Source: Leptogorgia sarmentosa (Eukaryota). From it: a DNA stretch of 64,000 bases. Made by a program: the position numbers and the translations under genes. The notes under the pieces were generated by a model. That model ran no database searches, had not been told where the DNA came from, and worked only from the letters and a program-made list of their open reading frames with translations. This document shows, one piece after another, positions 1 to 12,832 of the stretch (positions are counted from its first letter, which is position 1; each line of letters begins with the position of its first letter). The DNA lies in contig OZ210884.1 of NCBI GenBank assembly GCA_964658305.1, positions 5,952,001 through 6,016,000 of the forward strand. Reading direction: 5' to 3'.

Positions 1-134
1 GTGTTAAAATGAGCGACGAGGAGCATTTTGAAAGAGAGTTTTATTACCCAGAGGTTGAAAATGAAGGAAACGAAACTGTATGCCAGTTTTTGTAAGTTTT
101 CGTTTTTAACGAAGAACAATATGATAATAAATGG

Positions 135-275
135 TTATTGACTGAGCGTGAGGTCTGTACTGTGAAATATCAGACCGAGATTTTCAGTATGGACCGAGAG
201 AGGAAGGAGCGAGGTCAATGCAAAAAAACTGAGGTCTGATATTTCACAGTACCGACCGAACAAGCGAGTTCAATA
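135..275. repeat. Imperfect palindromic repeat, probably a non-autonomous element, in copy A intron 2
   Basis: Arms gtactgtgaaatatcagacc and ggtctgatatttcacagtac flank a spacer. Confidence 0.45.
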
Positions 276-986
276 AACTGTTTATTATATGCCTGAATTG
301 GGTATTTGAGCATATGCTTTTCGCGCGAATTAAATCGGCTATCGTCAGTTTCACTGAATAACAGTATACGGTAGACATACATGCTCAATCAAAAATTAAT
401 TTTGTTGTTTGAGATTTTTTTCTGTAAATTTTAAATTGGAAAATTAAAAACAAAAATCTTTTCTATTTGCAAAGCGAAATTTCCAGCCAGATAAACGACA
501 TCCGGGACACCGGTCCAGACACGGAAAATACGGACCACGGTCCGGATATTGATTTTTACCGACCGCTTGTCAACCAATCAGAATAGAGAATTTCGAAAAG
601 CCATATAATAATTGGGTATATTCGTGCATGTTGTCTGGCTCAATTCGAAACGCAGATATGCCATATGATAAATAACGACTTCGACTGTTTAAGCTGTATC
701 GAAAAATATCAAACCTCGGTCTTGCTGCTATTGCTCGATCAATACAGCAAGACCTCAGTTTAATCACATTGTCTCATATTGGTTAGCAAAAGAGTAGGTA
801 ATTATTTCTGATGATCACTTTTTGGAAATAGTGGTTTTTTCGAACAGCTAATTTCTATTCTTACAAGCCGGGTGGGTCAAAACTTGTCATTGACCTTTAC
901 GTATATTGTGGTTTAATACGGTCTAAAACAACAAGTGATAATAGCAACTCGCAAGAGCCTGTCTTAAACAATTTGTGTTGCCGTAC

Positions 987-3900
987 CTTGCTTTCCATAG
1001 CGATGACTATTATTCCAGTTTACATAGCCTTCGGAGAGGATCACTTCCTGTCCATTGTCTTGAACAATGGTAATTTGAAAATATTTTTCTTCACCAGGAT
1101 ATTCTGCCGGCAAAACACGTGTTCTAATTTTATGGGACTCGTTACTAGATAGAGTTAACACATTGGTAAAGGCGACATTGTACGCATCTGGAGGAGTGTT
1201 AGGAAATAAATCCAATGCCATTGCCAATATTATCTCTACGTAAACTGCCGCTGGAATCACAGGATCAGGAATTGCGGAAATTTTGTGATCATGTATGTAG
1301 AAATGATCGTTCAAGTTGATTTCACCCTCCCAAGCACGTAAACCAGAGGATGTTTCGGTCGGGACAGTTTTTCCAAGAAGAGGATGAAAAGAGAGAATAC
1401 GCTCATTTTCTTCTAACCCAGGTTCATTCAAAAACGTGACAAATTGAGACGGCTGCTCATCACGGTACCAAAACTCTGTTTCTTGCCATGGGTATGTTGG
1501 ACGTGGAAAGAATGTTTTCGAACCTAAACCCTGCACTTTGTTCCAGGATATGGGCACACCATGGGTATAGAGATGAGCAACACAATTTTGAAGAAAAGAC
1601 AAGTGCTGATGACTTGCTGTCCGTTTCGGAATAGTTTGAATCACAAAAACCTCATTCGTACGCAAGGACTTTGCTGTTTGACTGCGGAACCACGTCTGGC
1701 GAACATGGTATGAAAGTTGAGGGGCAGCGTTGATTTCAATGAAAAATTGGTAGCCATCAGCAAACATGGTTTTTAAGGCATTCTCAAACAAAACAGGTTG
1801 TCGGATATTTTGCCACCAATGCACCAAGGAGAGAAGCTGACCAGACAACTGGGTGCCTGTTACTGTTGAGTAAAATGGTATATTACTTGGTGTTTGACGT
1901 ACGTGAAATTCACTGGTGGTTTTGTCGAATGGTTCTTTGATTTCTTCCATCTCTAGGCTATGATAGGCTCGTATTGTGGAAAGTTTTTTCCAGAAAACAT
2001 CACTTCGCGCAGTTTTCACGTGGTTTTCAACGATTTCCATTGACGCTTTAGAACCAGATAAGACGATGTTTCCTGGACTATTCATCACTGCAACATCAAC
2101 TTCATTCTCTACCTGAAGTTCCTTCAACAATTTTTCAGCATCAGGTTTTGAAAGACCAATGGCAGCCATACAACCTGTCGGTGAACACTTCTCGTGAAGT
2201 TGCGATCGAAATAAAACTAATTGCAACGCCTTATGTAAACGCAATGCTCCAGAAGCCCAAGCAGCCGATATTTCTCCAAGACTATGGCCAACAACAGCTG
2301 ATGGTGTGACACCCCACGATTCCAGTAATTCAGTTAAGGCGAAATGTACAGCAAACAACGCCGTCTGCCCGATAGGATTTTCGTTTAGGCGGGACGTTTC
2401 TTCCGGCTTTTGAAGCTCATTTAGTAAGGACCACGAAGCTTTGTACCGTTTCAGGAGGTCATCAATCTTTTCAATACTTTCCTTGAACTTTGGCTCATGA
2501 ACTAACAATTCCTTTGCCATTCCAAACCATTGAGCTCCTTGACCACCATACAGAAAGACAACTTTATTACGGGATGTAGTTACGTGACCAGTAGTTACTG
2601 AGTCTTCAAACCCTTCATCCTCATTTGTGAACTTTTCCAAAGCATTTGCCGCGTCTTGAAAAGAAGAAAAACTGACAGCCAAACGATATTGATGTTGAGT
2701 GTATCTCTCATTCAGGGAATAGCAAATGTTGTCCTTGAGAAGTTCGTCATCATCTGGTTTCGTCCTGAAAGACTGCGATACTTTCATGGCTAGGGCTTTT
2801 AAAGCATCTTTTGAAGTAGCGGACAACGTCATAACTCTGTTAGATATTGGTCTAGTAGGAAATACTGAAACAGGTTTCCTGGTAACTTCTCGGACGATAA
2901 GGTGAGCATTAGAACCACCAAAGCCGTAGGATGAGACGGCAGCTGCTCTGCCAGTCCCAGCATTGCAATTCCACGGCTCATTACTAGTTTGAACCATCAT
3001 TCTTCTCTCAGTCATTTTAAGCTGAGGCTTAACTTCATGAACGTTGATTGTCGGAACATATTGAGCATGTTTTATCATAAGACACGTTTTTATCAAGCCA
3101 GCTAAACCTGCAGTTGATTCGGTGTGGTTTATATTAGATTTCACGGATCCTAAGCGAAGTATTCGGCTGCTACTATGCCCGTAAACTGCTGCCAATGATC
3201 CCATTTCAACGACGTCACCAATAGCTGTACCGGTGCCATGCGCTTCAACGTACTGTATTTCATCCTTCGACAAACCAGAATCTCGAAGAACTCTTTCGAA
3301 CAAGACGGCTTGTGTAACTTCGCTAGGAGCTGTTATTGGAATTGCTGTTTGTCCATCGTTATTCACACCACAAGCTAAAACTTCCGCATAAATATCATCT
3401 CGGTCATCCAGAGCTGTTTGAGTTGGTTTAATCAATACAGCAGCAACACCTTCGCCTCGACCATATCCATCTCCTGTTATATCAAAACTCTTGCAACGAC
3501 CATCTTGGGCCAACAGTCCTGCCCTACAAGAAGCCATATGAAATGCTTCACCTGTGAGAAGAATATTTGGTGCGCATACAATTGCCACGTCACATTCACC
3601 TGTTTGTAGGTGTCCAAAGGCAACGTCGAAAGCCACCAAGGATGACGAACATGCTGTATCCAATGTTAAACTGGGACCAGTTAGATTAAATGAAAAAGAA
3701 ATCCGGTTGGCAACAACAGACATGGCACATCCAGTTGGAGAAAATTGATCGATTGTTCGAATGTTAGACGGATGCAAAACAAGTGAACCATATTCTAAAT
3801 TCATTAATCCAACATAAACGCCCGTTCGACAAGTTTGCAAATCTTCAAGGCGCATTCCTGCATCTTCGATTGCTTCGTAAACAACTTGAAGAAGTAACCT

Positions 3901-6841
3901 TTGTTGTGGATCCATTGAGCGTGATTCGGCGGGGGTTATTCCAAAAAACTGATTATCAAATCCAAGAATATTTTCTAGAAATGCTCCAGTGTAGACATAG
4001 TGTTTTCCAGGCGTTTTCGTTCCTGAGTTGAAAGAATCAAGAAATTTATTTGAGTCTGGTCTATTTTTGGGATAAGACCCAATACCACATCGTCCTTCCA
4101 CCAGCATATTCCAAAATTCATCTTTGGAGTTCGTCCCTCCTGGAAAGCGACAACCAATGCCAACTATAGCAGCAGGAATGGGAATTTTGGCTTTTACAAC
4201 ATACTTGGAAGATGTTGTGTCAGTAGTTTCGTAGAATTTTCGCTTTCTTACACGTTCAAACCACTTTATTATAAATGAATCGATGTCCACTTTACGAAAG
4301 TCGAACAGCTTTCCCAGAAGTGTCAGGTACACGGGTAATATAACTAAGCCATGCAGCAGACCAAGAACCACAATGCCAACAAACATCTTGAAGAATGTTA
4401 CAAAGACAGTAGAGGAAGCAAATCCTGTAGGCATCATTCCAAGGAAAGTACCTAGACCTCCAAGAAAAACACTGCCCCCAATTTTGCCAAGTGAGTCAAT
4501 AACACGATTCTCTACAGAGATCTCCTTCGACGAAACAAAATGATAGGCCACATGTGCGTTGTAATCCACGGAAAATCCTAGAGCCATAACAAGATTTATC
4601 ATAGAAATTGAGTTAAGAGAGACATTCCATATGTACATCAGTCCAAGTAGCTCAAGAATAAGAGCTAAAAATCCCCACAAAAGACAAATTATTATTATAA
4701 TATGATTCAGGAACAGGGATGATATAAGAAGAATTGAAACTCCAGCAACGATCAGGTTCCTAATAGTTTCATTGAGGACATTGGCATATTGTTCAAAGAG
4801 CATAAAAGGTAAGGCTACTGGAAATGCATGGACATCTGCCGCACGAGAGAGATCATGTCTTATGCTGAGCATCATATCTCTTTGAAAACTGGATTCAGGG
4901 TTACTCTTGGAGAACAACAACATCCTTGAAGCTGTCAAATGCGTTTTGTTTTTGGAAAATTTCAAATCTTCAGCAAACCTTAAATATTGTGGCAAAGAAA
5001 TAAAATGTAGCAAGGTATTGTAGAAAGTAGTGGTTTCATTTATGTCAATATTCTGTTTGTTTGCCCATGACCTGTATTCTGACATCCAAGAAATACTTTC
5101 GGAAAGAAAATGCGCATTACGTTCAGCGATATTTTGAACTTCTGAATACATTTTTTGAATGTCTTGACTGGATTGGCTCGCCTGTCCGGGGAAGATAACA
5201 TCAACTGGAATAGTGAGATGAAATTTTTCTTCAAAAACGTTCAGGTATTCCCGGTAGTGTGATTTTTCAGTTGTTAGTAACTGTCTGCTAAAACTTTCAT
5301 CAATATTGAGAGCGCCATAAATACCACCAGACAAGAGCAGCAAAGAACAGAGACAGACGACAATTTTTCCTAATGAAGATGTTATTATCTTGCCCCATGA
5401 TCTCATCACGTTGTCAAGTCCATGCGTTTTGAAACCAATACAGCAGCTCCTAGGCGGTCCCACCATTACACAAGGTGCCATATCTCGACGACGCGCGTTA
5501 ATTCGTTTGATATCAAACCACATGCATCCAACAAAAAATGTCATCAGCATAAGAAATGCTGTCCAAATCGTCAGCGCTGCGTATGTGCAAAAATAACGAA
5601 TCGCGGGAAAGATAGAACGACAGCTAACAGCAAATGCTACCAGGTCAGTGAGGGTTGTCATGGTAATAGTTGGACCGCTTCTAGCCATTGTACCGCTAAG
5701 CATATACCTAGCTGGAAGATTTTCACGAACTAATTCGTTCAGTTCATGTAGAATAATAAACACGTCATCAATCCCAATGCTGACGACCAAAAATGGCAAA
5801 ACACCAACCATACTGACAAAAGGAACATCGAAAAACAGCAAGAAGCCAAGCGCCGAGGTGACACCCAAATAGATAGAGAACAAAGCAGTAAATCCCAAAA
5901 GTTGATGTCCATTGCGTGAATCTCCACATCTACCGTTTACTAATCCACTAAAAAATCCCATGATTGTGAACGTCAACGAAAAGAACTTGATATCAGAACC
6001 AGTACTTTCTGCCACTGAATCATCTAGGCTTCGTTCTGCTGCATAAAAAATGTTTACACAAGTTGTGTTTTGTGCAAAAGATGAAACAGCGTTCAAATAT
6101 TCCATCTCCCAGTCCAAAACATGCTTTCTGTTTTCGTCCTCTCTTCTGTATTCTCTCATATAGTAAACAATTCTCAAGGCATCTGCAGAATCAAGTTTAC
6201 CATTCGAAGCAGCTTTTCCAAATATTGCATTGTAGTTATCTTGAAGTCGTCTTCCATTCGTCATTAGAAAAACATCGTTGTCAAGCAATTGCTTGATATG
6301 TTGTTGAATATTGTTCAAGTTATTTCTATGGTAGCCGAAAATTTCTAACAAATTTACGGAGGCACAAGGGATAGTTGGATGTGGTTTATAACAATATTTC
6401 TCGTAAAGCTTTATTTTTGCGATAATGTTGTGTAAATGAATCATTTCGGACAAACATTCCTCCGATAGAACAGACTTGTTTTGTTTTGGTAAAAAAATAA
6501 TCTCCTCTTGTCGCACTTCAAGTTCAAACCCCAAATCTCGTGCCTGGCTTATATCCTGCGATGCTTCGCTGTTTTCTGGCAGGAACAAGTATTTGAAATT
6601 TTCTTCGGGCTCTAACTTCACAAATCCACATGTAAAGACAATGGCAACAAACAGGCATGTGAATATGATATGAAATGGCCGCCGCGAAATAAAGAGGGCG
6701 GTTTTTTCAAAAAGCTTTTCAAGGAAGACAATAAAGAGTTTTTGACACCATGCCCAATGCCGAAGACAACAATTTTCAAACCAAGATTGTGATTCTTGCC
6801 GGTATAAGTATTCGACTTCATTGTAGACATTTGGTTTGTTG
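987..6841 (-). CDS. Copy A exon 2: Patched/NPC1-like 12-TM transporter fused to type I PKS KS-AT-(N-terminal DH); gene continues beyond the left edge
   Basis: ORF 964..6621 stays open upstream to an acceptor (ttttttacttgttAG, 6843-6842). The donor caag|GTacgg at 986 matches the donor position in copy B. Motifs: SIGIDD, GFSVDY, KS DTACSSS/HGTGT/HTES, AT GQGAQW/GHSLG/AYHS, DH HPLLG and IHDHKISAIPDPVIP. Confidence 0.92.
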
Positions 6842-7257
6842 CTAACAAGTAAAAAATAAAAAAAAGATGAGGAAAGCTAGCTTGGAAGAAAGCCCGTATC
6901 CATTCATGAACATGGGTGTAAAAAGCCCTGGATAACTCCAAGGGGACATTGTTGGGCAACCGAACAAAATTTGCTGCCGGGGTAACCCGCTAAAAGTTTT
7001 TGCACAGAGGGTTTCAGGACATTGGGAATATATAAAAACAAACACTTCGAAAAAATTGTGTTGCGTGATGTAAGCCATATTTTAGATCATCCGTACACAC
7101 CAATGGTTTCCACAGCATTTTCCCCTGTTAGGAACGTTAAAACTTTCTTAATTTGTGAATCGCTTAAATAAAATATGTTCGTAGACTATTTTGATTTTGT
7201 TCAAATGCTACTCCTACAATACATTTCTCCCTCAGACTACTTGCGATTCAACCTTAC

Positions 7258-7325
7258 CTGAAACATTTCACTAATTTTACATATTGCACAGCACGTTTCT
7301 TTATACAATTTTTTTTATACATCAT
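7258..7325 (-). CDS. Copy A exon 1 (MMYKKNCIKKRAVQYVKLVKCF)
   Basis: ATG at 7325, cag|GTaagg donor at 7257; 68 nt (phase 2) splices in frame to exon 2. The copy B equivalent differs by exactly one codon in length. Confidence 0.7.
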
Positions 7326-10300
7326 ATACGTTTTATTTGGTAATTTCGTTTACCAAATAAACTTCAAAGGTAGTTTTCAACGTGCGAATATTTAATGCTA
7401 AAAGTTCTTAATTGCGTCAACATTGTTTAGTAAAGCGTTCTTTACGACTGATGACATGATAATAAATGCAAATTTTGATGCATCTCAAAATGGCAGTTTC
7501 TGGTGCTTTGGGAATATTCATACATTCGTGTATGCATGTTTACATACTGAGTAAGCAATCAAATTGTAAAGGATGCTTAGAACATTTATGTATGTTCATT
7601 TTTGGCGCTTAATACGCCACTATTCAAAACATTTTTAGCGAAATTAAAGATGGAGATGGCTATAGTATATAGCTCTGCTGTACAGGGGCGTGGAAAACGA
7701 GTCCAGATTGAGGAGGAGGAGGGAGGGGCCTTGTACAATAATGACCAACTGTTTGAATGAAAGTGACCAACTTTTTCATTGTTGAGTAGTAAAGTTTCAC
7801 TTTGTTATTGGATTATACAAAAGCGTTGTTGTGGGGCTGTGATGTTATGCAGTGATGTTAGTATGAAAACAATAGCTACGTGTTCTAGCGCAGAAAATTG
7901 CTTAAAAATTATTGCTGCACAAATTCCTCCCTTTGTCTATTTATTACTTGGTGCGCTAGGTATTCTCTTCTTGGACATAGCAACGCAATAGTAGTTCCGG
8001 GAAGTTGGAGCCTACGAGACGCAACCATGGTTGGCGGCGACTGAAAAATGTTTTAGAATTTGAGGTTTCAGATAATCGGAAATGGCCTTTTTGGGGTCTT
8101 TTATTCCTCTTTTCTTTGGTTTTGCCCTCATTATTTGCTGGAACGGTGTATTAGATATTAATAGTTAAAAATTTGCAAAATTAGTCTACTTTTCGGGAGA
8201 CATATTCTTGTGGGGATTTTCCTTCATTTTAGTCTTGGTTGCGTCTTAATTAACCTTAAATTGTTACGTGGTCTCAGTTGGTCGCTACGTCCCTGGTGAT
8301 ACCAGGCTAGTCGGCACGAAATTGACCAAGAACTGCAATGTACAGCTATAACGATGAAATTTTAACGTTTATTTAAAATTATATTTGTCACTATATTCAT
8401 TTGAGTAATCTTATAAGACTTTTTTTATGATGATCGTATGCAGTATTAAAGATTTCGAGAATGTATCTCTGCGCCAAAAGCTATAGAATTGTAACATTTG
8501 TGCTGATTTTAAAATTATCTGATGGAATTCACTTTTATTTACATTATTATCCAGACAAGGGTAGTTTATTGGGAACAGGAACCGCATATCACTACATCTG
8601 GTACACAAAGCAACATAGGCCCTTGGCTCCAGAAGGTTAGAGCAGCTAAAAATTAAACCGCGGGGTACAATGGGTGTACTTAATTAAAGGTTATAATAAT
8701 GAGAATATAAATTCTTATGTCGTTGAAGTGATTGAGAATTATCCTTGGCCGAATGGGAATTATCAATTGTCACATGCAATTATTTCAGAAGTTAAATAAA
8801 CCTGCAAGTAAAAGTCAGTCAACATTCTTAAAGTTTCAGTTTTGAATTATCATATTCTTGTAACGTGCATTTATATAGACCGTAATCTTTCTTCAGTAAA
8901 ATTTTCAATGTTTCTCGGTGTCACACAAAATTTTCCCTCTCTCCGTTCCCCCAAGGGAAACTAACACCTTAACCCAGGCGATTTCCCGTTATAAGCAAGA
9001 TATTGAAAAGAGAGTAATATCGTTAGGACAATCCCCCCCCCCCCACGCCAGGAGCAAGGACGGAATTGTTAGAACACTGGAGTCAGGCAAAACGAATTAA
9101 AATGTTCGATAACCAAACTGACCTGTTTTGGGATCCATCACTATTATTCTGAAATTTTGCCATTTGCTTCGTCACCTGTAAATTTAGAATGCAATTATAA
9201 TCTATTAGAAAAAGCAATAAACAATTGTGTCTTCTGGCTCGCATTATATTACTATTTTGTGCAACAATTTACAGTATGTCTGATTCTAATTAAGCTCACC
9301 TTAGAGTTCAACGAGGTGCATTATCGTCGATTTAGTCTTCGCCCTTCATAAAAATCTCAGGCTTGTAATCTAAATACACTGGCCTGAAAGAGCCAAGTGT
9401 TCAAAATTAGGCTCCGTCAAAGATCTCAGATTAGTCGATCACCCGAACAAGAAATGGTAAAAAAGTGGGGAAGAAGGCAGTCATATGGTCGTCGTTTTAG
9501 ATAAGGTAGGGCTTCGTGGACGTGAAACATTTAATTTGATTAACTTTGACAATTAAGTTTGCCGCAAAGCCTATTTTTATGCTTGACGAAAATATAAACA
9601 ATTTTACCAGGTTCTTTCCCACAAGCAGTTCCATTAAAGAATGATATATTATAATAAAACAAACTTTAAATAATTCATTTCGTCTGTATTTTGAACAATT
9701 CAGATATTCGGAATAATTTCAGGCAATTAATATACTCTTAGGCGTGTGCGTGCAAGACATTGTAGGCAATTTAATACGGTTGTGATGAAATATTGAAGCA
9801 GATCAACATACCTTTTCTTTAAAGAATGAATGAATCCAGCGATCCAAAAACCTACAGACTGGATAACACTTCTGCTGTAGTGTCCGGCCCTTTTATACTT
9901 TGTGTAATCCGTTATATTGGATCGTGTGGCTGTTATCCTTCAATATCGGGAATAATCAATAACATGCATATAATGCATATAAAGCCATTATAGCTACATA
10001 TTAATCACATACGTTCATTTTTCCACAATTTACAAAAAAACTTTCTTAAAACTTTCAAATTATTTGGACATTCAATTAATTGTTTAAGATGAACTACTGC
10101 TAAAAAGTTATAAATTAAAACAAATCACTTCTAAGACTTTGTTTTGCCCCTCCCCCCAGCGAAATGTTTTTAAAAAAAAGGACTCATGATATTGAAAAAC
10201 TTGAATGGATAATGGTTTGAGCGGCTCTTGTAACAATGTCTATGTTTTGGTGAATTTTAACAAAACAAATATTTGAATATGGTTGCTAACTTGCAAGCTT

Positions 10301-10374
10301 TCGAGAAATTCCAAATTGCAGAATTGTAGCTATTGCACTTTTCAGTTTTAGCCGCTAAAGCCAAACCCGCTTTG

Positions 10375-10560
10375 CTAACGTTTCGTTGCTACATCACTAT
10401 CATTACAGCTCTGATGATGTTGCGATGTAGCAACGAAACGTTAGTAATATATTTTATATAAAACTGAATGGTTTTAATATGTATGCATTATAAATCGCTT
10501 GCTGGGCACTAATATTCATATTTAGATTAAGATTCCCGCCTGGTATTTCAATTCTGAAAC
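10375..10560 (+). mobile_element. Probable Penelope-like element terminus with inverted repeat and hammerhead-like core
   Basis: 21-bp perfect inverted arms at 10375-10395 and 10424-10444; CTGATGA-t-gttgc..gcaac-GAAAC-gtt. Absent from the paralogous modules at ~11475 and ~12057; second copy at 47871-47940. Confidence 0.4.
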
Positions 10561-12743
10561 GTTGTATTCTTTATCAACAAGAAAGAAGACGCAATGAAAG
10601 GCCATGTCTTGAGACATATAAACAACGAGATTTTATTGCAAATTTTTTTTCTTAAAACTTTCAAGTTATAATGAGGTTGTTGGACATTCAATTAATTGTT
10701 TAAGATGAACTACTGCTAAAGTTATAAATTAAAACAAATCACTTCTAAGACTTGCTCCAAGGGCGGATCTAGGAGTTAAGGAGTAGTCTGATTAGTCACG
10801 CGACAAACGTAAAAAGGGGCATGGGAAAAAAAATTGGAGCAAGGTTTCGAAATTATTTTCCAATTGATTGAAACTCTTCTCAAATTACAATTACGCAATC
10901 AAAATCCATCACACTCCAGCGTTCAACTTCGATCAGTTTTTTGCACACCGATTAGTCAAATAAACGGTATATATTGGATCGTGTGGCGGTTATCCCTCAA
11001 TATCGGGAATAGTCAATAACATATAATATAAAGACATTAGCTACAAAAACATACGTTAATTTTTCCACAATTTACAAGAAAACCCCCTCCTATATTTTCG
11101 CAACGATAGTGGTAATTGCTATAAAGGGGGATGTATATAACTAAGAATGTAAGTGAATCAAGTCTAGATATAAACACTCTCCTCTGAAGTTCTAGCCTAG
11201 TTACGCCACTGCAAACGGTGCTTTTTTCAACTATATATCTGAGGGAGGGGAGTAATTGCCCCCAGGGAAAAGATTTGCCCTCACCCAGAAATCATTGTCG
11301 TGACTACATTAATCCGGTACCGTGTAAAAGTGGATATTGGTTTGACTGGCTCTTGTAGCAATGTTTATGTTTTGGCGAAGACGAATATAACTTGCAAGGT
11401 TTTGAGAAATTCCAAATTGCACAATTGTAGCTATTGCACTTTTCAGTTTTAGCCGATAAAGCCAAATACGCTTTGCTGAACACTGTACAGAAATATTGAA
11501 ATGTTTTTTATTGAAATGTATTTTATTTGAAATGTTTTTTAAAAAGGCTCGATTATGATAAGTAATAGCATGGTTTGAGGGAGATTAGTGATTAAATGGT
11601 CCCGTATAGGTTTGTAATTCCACAAAGCTACCGAGGTAAGGGACCATCACTAATCTCCCGAAAAGCCATGCTATTAGTTTGTAATAGCATAGTTGACCGG
11701 GTTTATTTTGTTTTTACTGGGTCAATTACTAAGTGTTTTGTTGTTGTGTAGAATGTAATTACTTGCATGTGTGGCTCTTAAATCTCTGGTTATATTACAG
11801 AATTTAATGACAACTAATCATAGAAAAAGTTGTAGGAATAGAAATAACCTTAAACTCACCGAAATCATTGTCGTGACTACATTAATCCGGTACCGTGTAA
11901 AAGTGGATATTGGTTTGACTGGCTCTTGTAGCAATGTTTATGTTTTGGCGAAGACGAATATTGGAATATGGTTGCTAACTTGCAGAGAAATTCCAAATTG
12001 CACAATTGTAGCTATTGCACTTTTCAGTTTTAGCCGCTTAAGCCAAATACGCTTTGCCGAACACTGTACAGAATTATTGAGCTCGCTTTCACAGAGGATG
12101 TATAAAAACGGTAATGCAACTTTGGTATCTTATTGCCCGCTAGACATGACGTTTATCGATAAAATTTTTTTATAGCAATAAAATTTGAGCTTTTAGCTTC
12201 TTACTGAACATAGTTCTTCGCATTGGCGGCGGAAGATCGATAATTGTGGGGGGGATATTCATATAGTATTCGCTCATATAGTATTCGTGTTCTGCAAAAA
12301 ATTTCTTTTGAAATCGATTTTATTCAAGGTCTGTGAACACGAATAAATGTGAACTCCCAATCTTCCACCGCCGCTCTGGTTCTTCCTCTTTGTAAAAATA
12401 TGGCTTCATGTGAATCGATTAAAAATTGGCGGTCGAAACTGTCCACGGTTGGGAATTGGGCGCAAACCATTGAAAGTAAATCCCAATGGGAATTGAAATA
12501 ATGAATTCAGAAACGAACGGTAATTATAATAGCTTTCACGGCACCATTATTGACATTATTGTAGAGCTGCGGATGAAATCTCAGATTTAAGTATCCCAAA
12601 GTTTCATTAAAGTCGCCTTATTGAACCGTTTAAGTGAACTTTAAGGCTTTCCTTAAATTGATAGAATCTGGATTTCACGAACATTTAAGGTAACTCTAAA
12701 AGCCTCAAGCGACCCATTTAAGGGCGTAGCTAAAGTTTTACTG

Positions 12744-12832
12744 AAAGTCGCGGGTTCGATTCCCACATAGGCCAAGGTTAATTTTTCAGCCTGCACGGTG
12801 TGGATATATATGCTCAGAGTAACATCACATCA
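12744..12832 (+). mobile_element. tRNA-derived SINE fragment
   Basis: B-box-like GGTTCGATTCCC followed by a non-tRNA body; no cloverleaf. Confidence 0.4.

Larger units (their letters stand above)
987..12089 (-). repeat. Left arm of inverted segmental duplication (copy A plus ~4.7 kb upstream)
   Basis: Reverse complement matches 23692-33691 (boundary gagctcgcttt ~12089 vs aaagcgagctc 23692), with indels. It also matches 47322-50207 and 54803-56054. Confidence 0.85.

Noticed and set aside
12744..12832. tRNA gene
   Set aside because: Only a T-arm/B-box-like motif, with no acceptor stem or cloverleaf.
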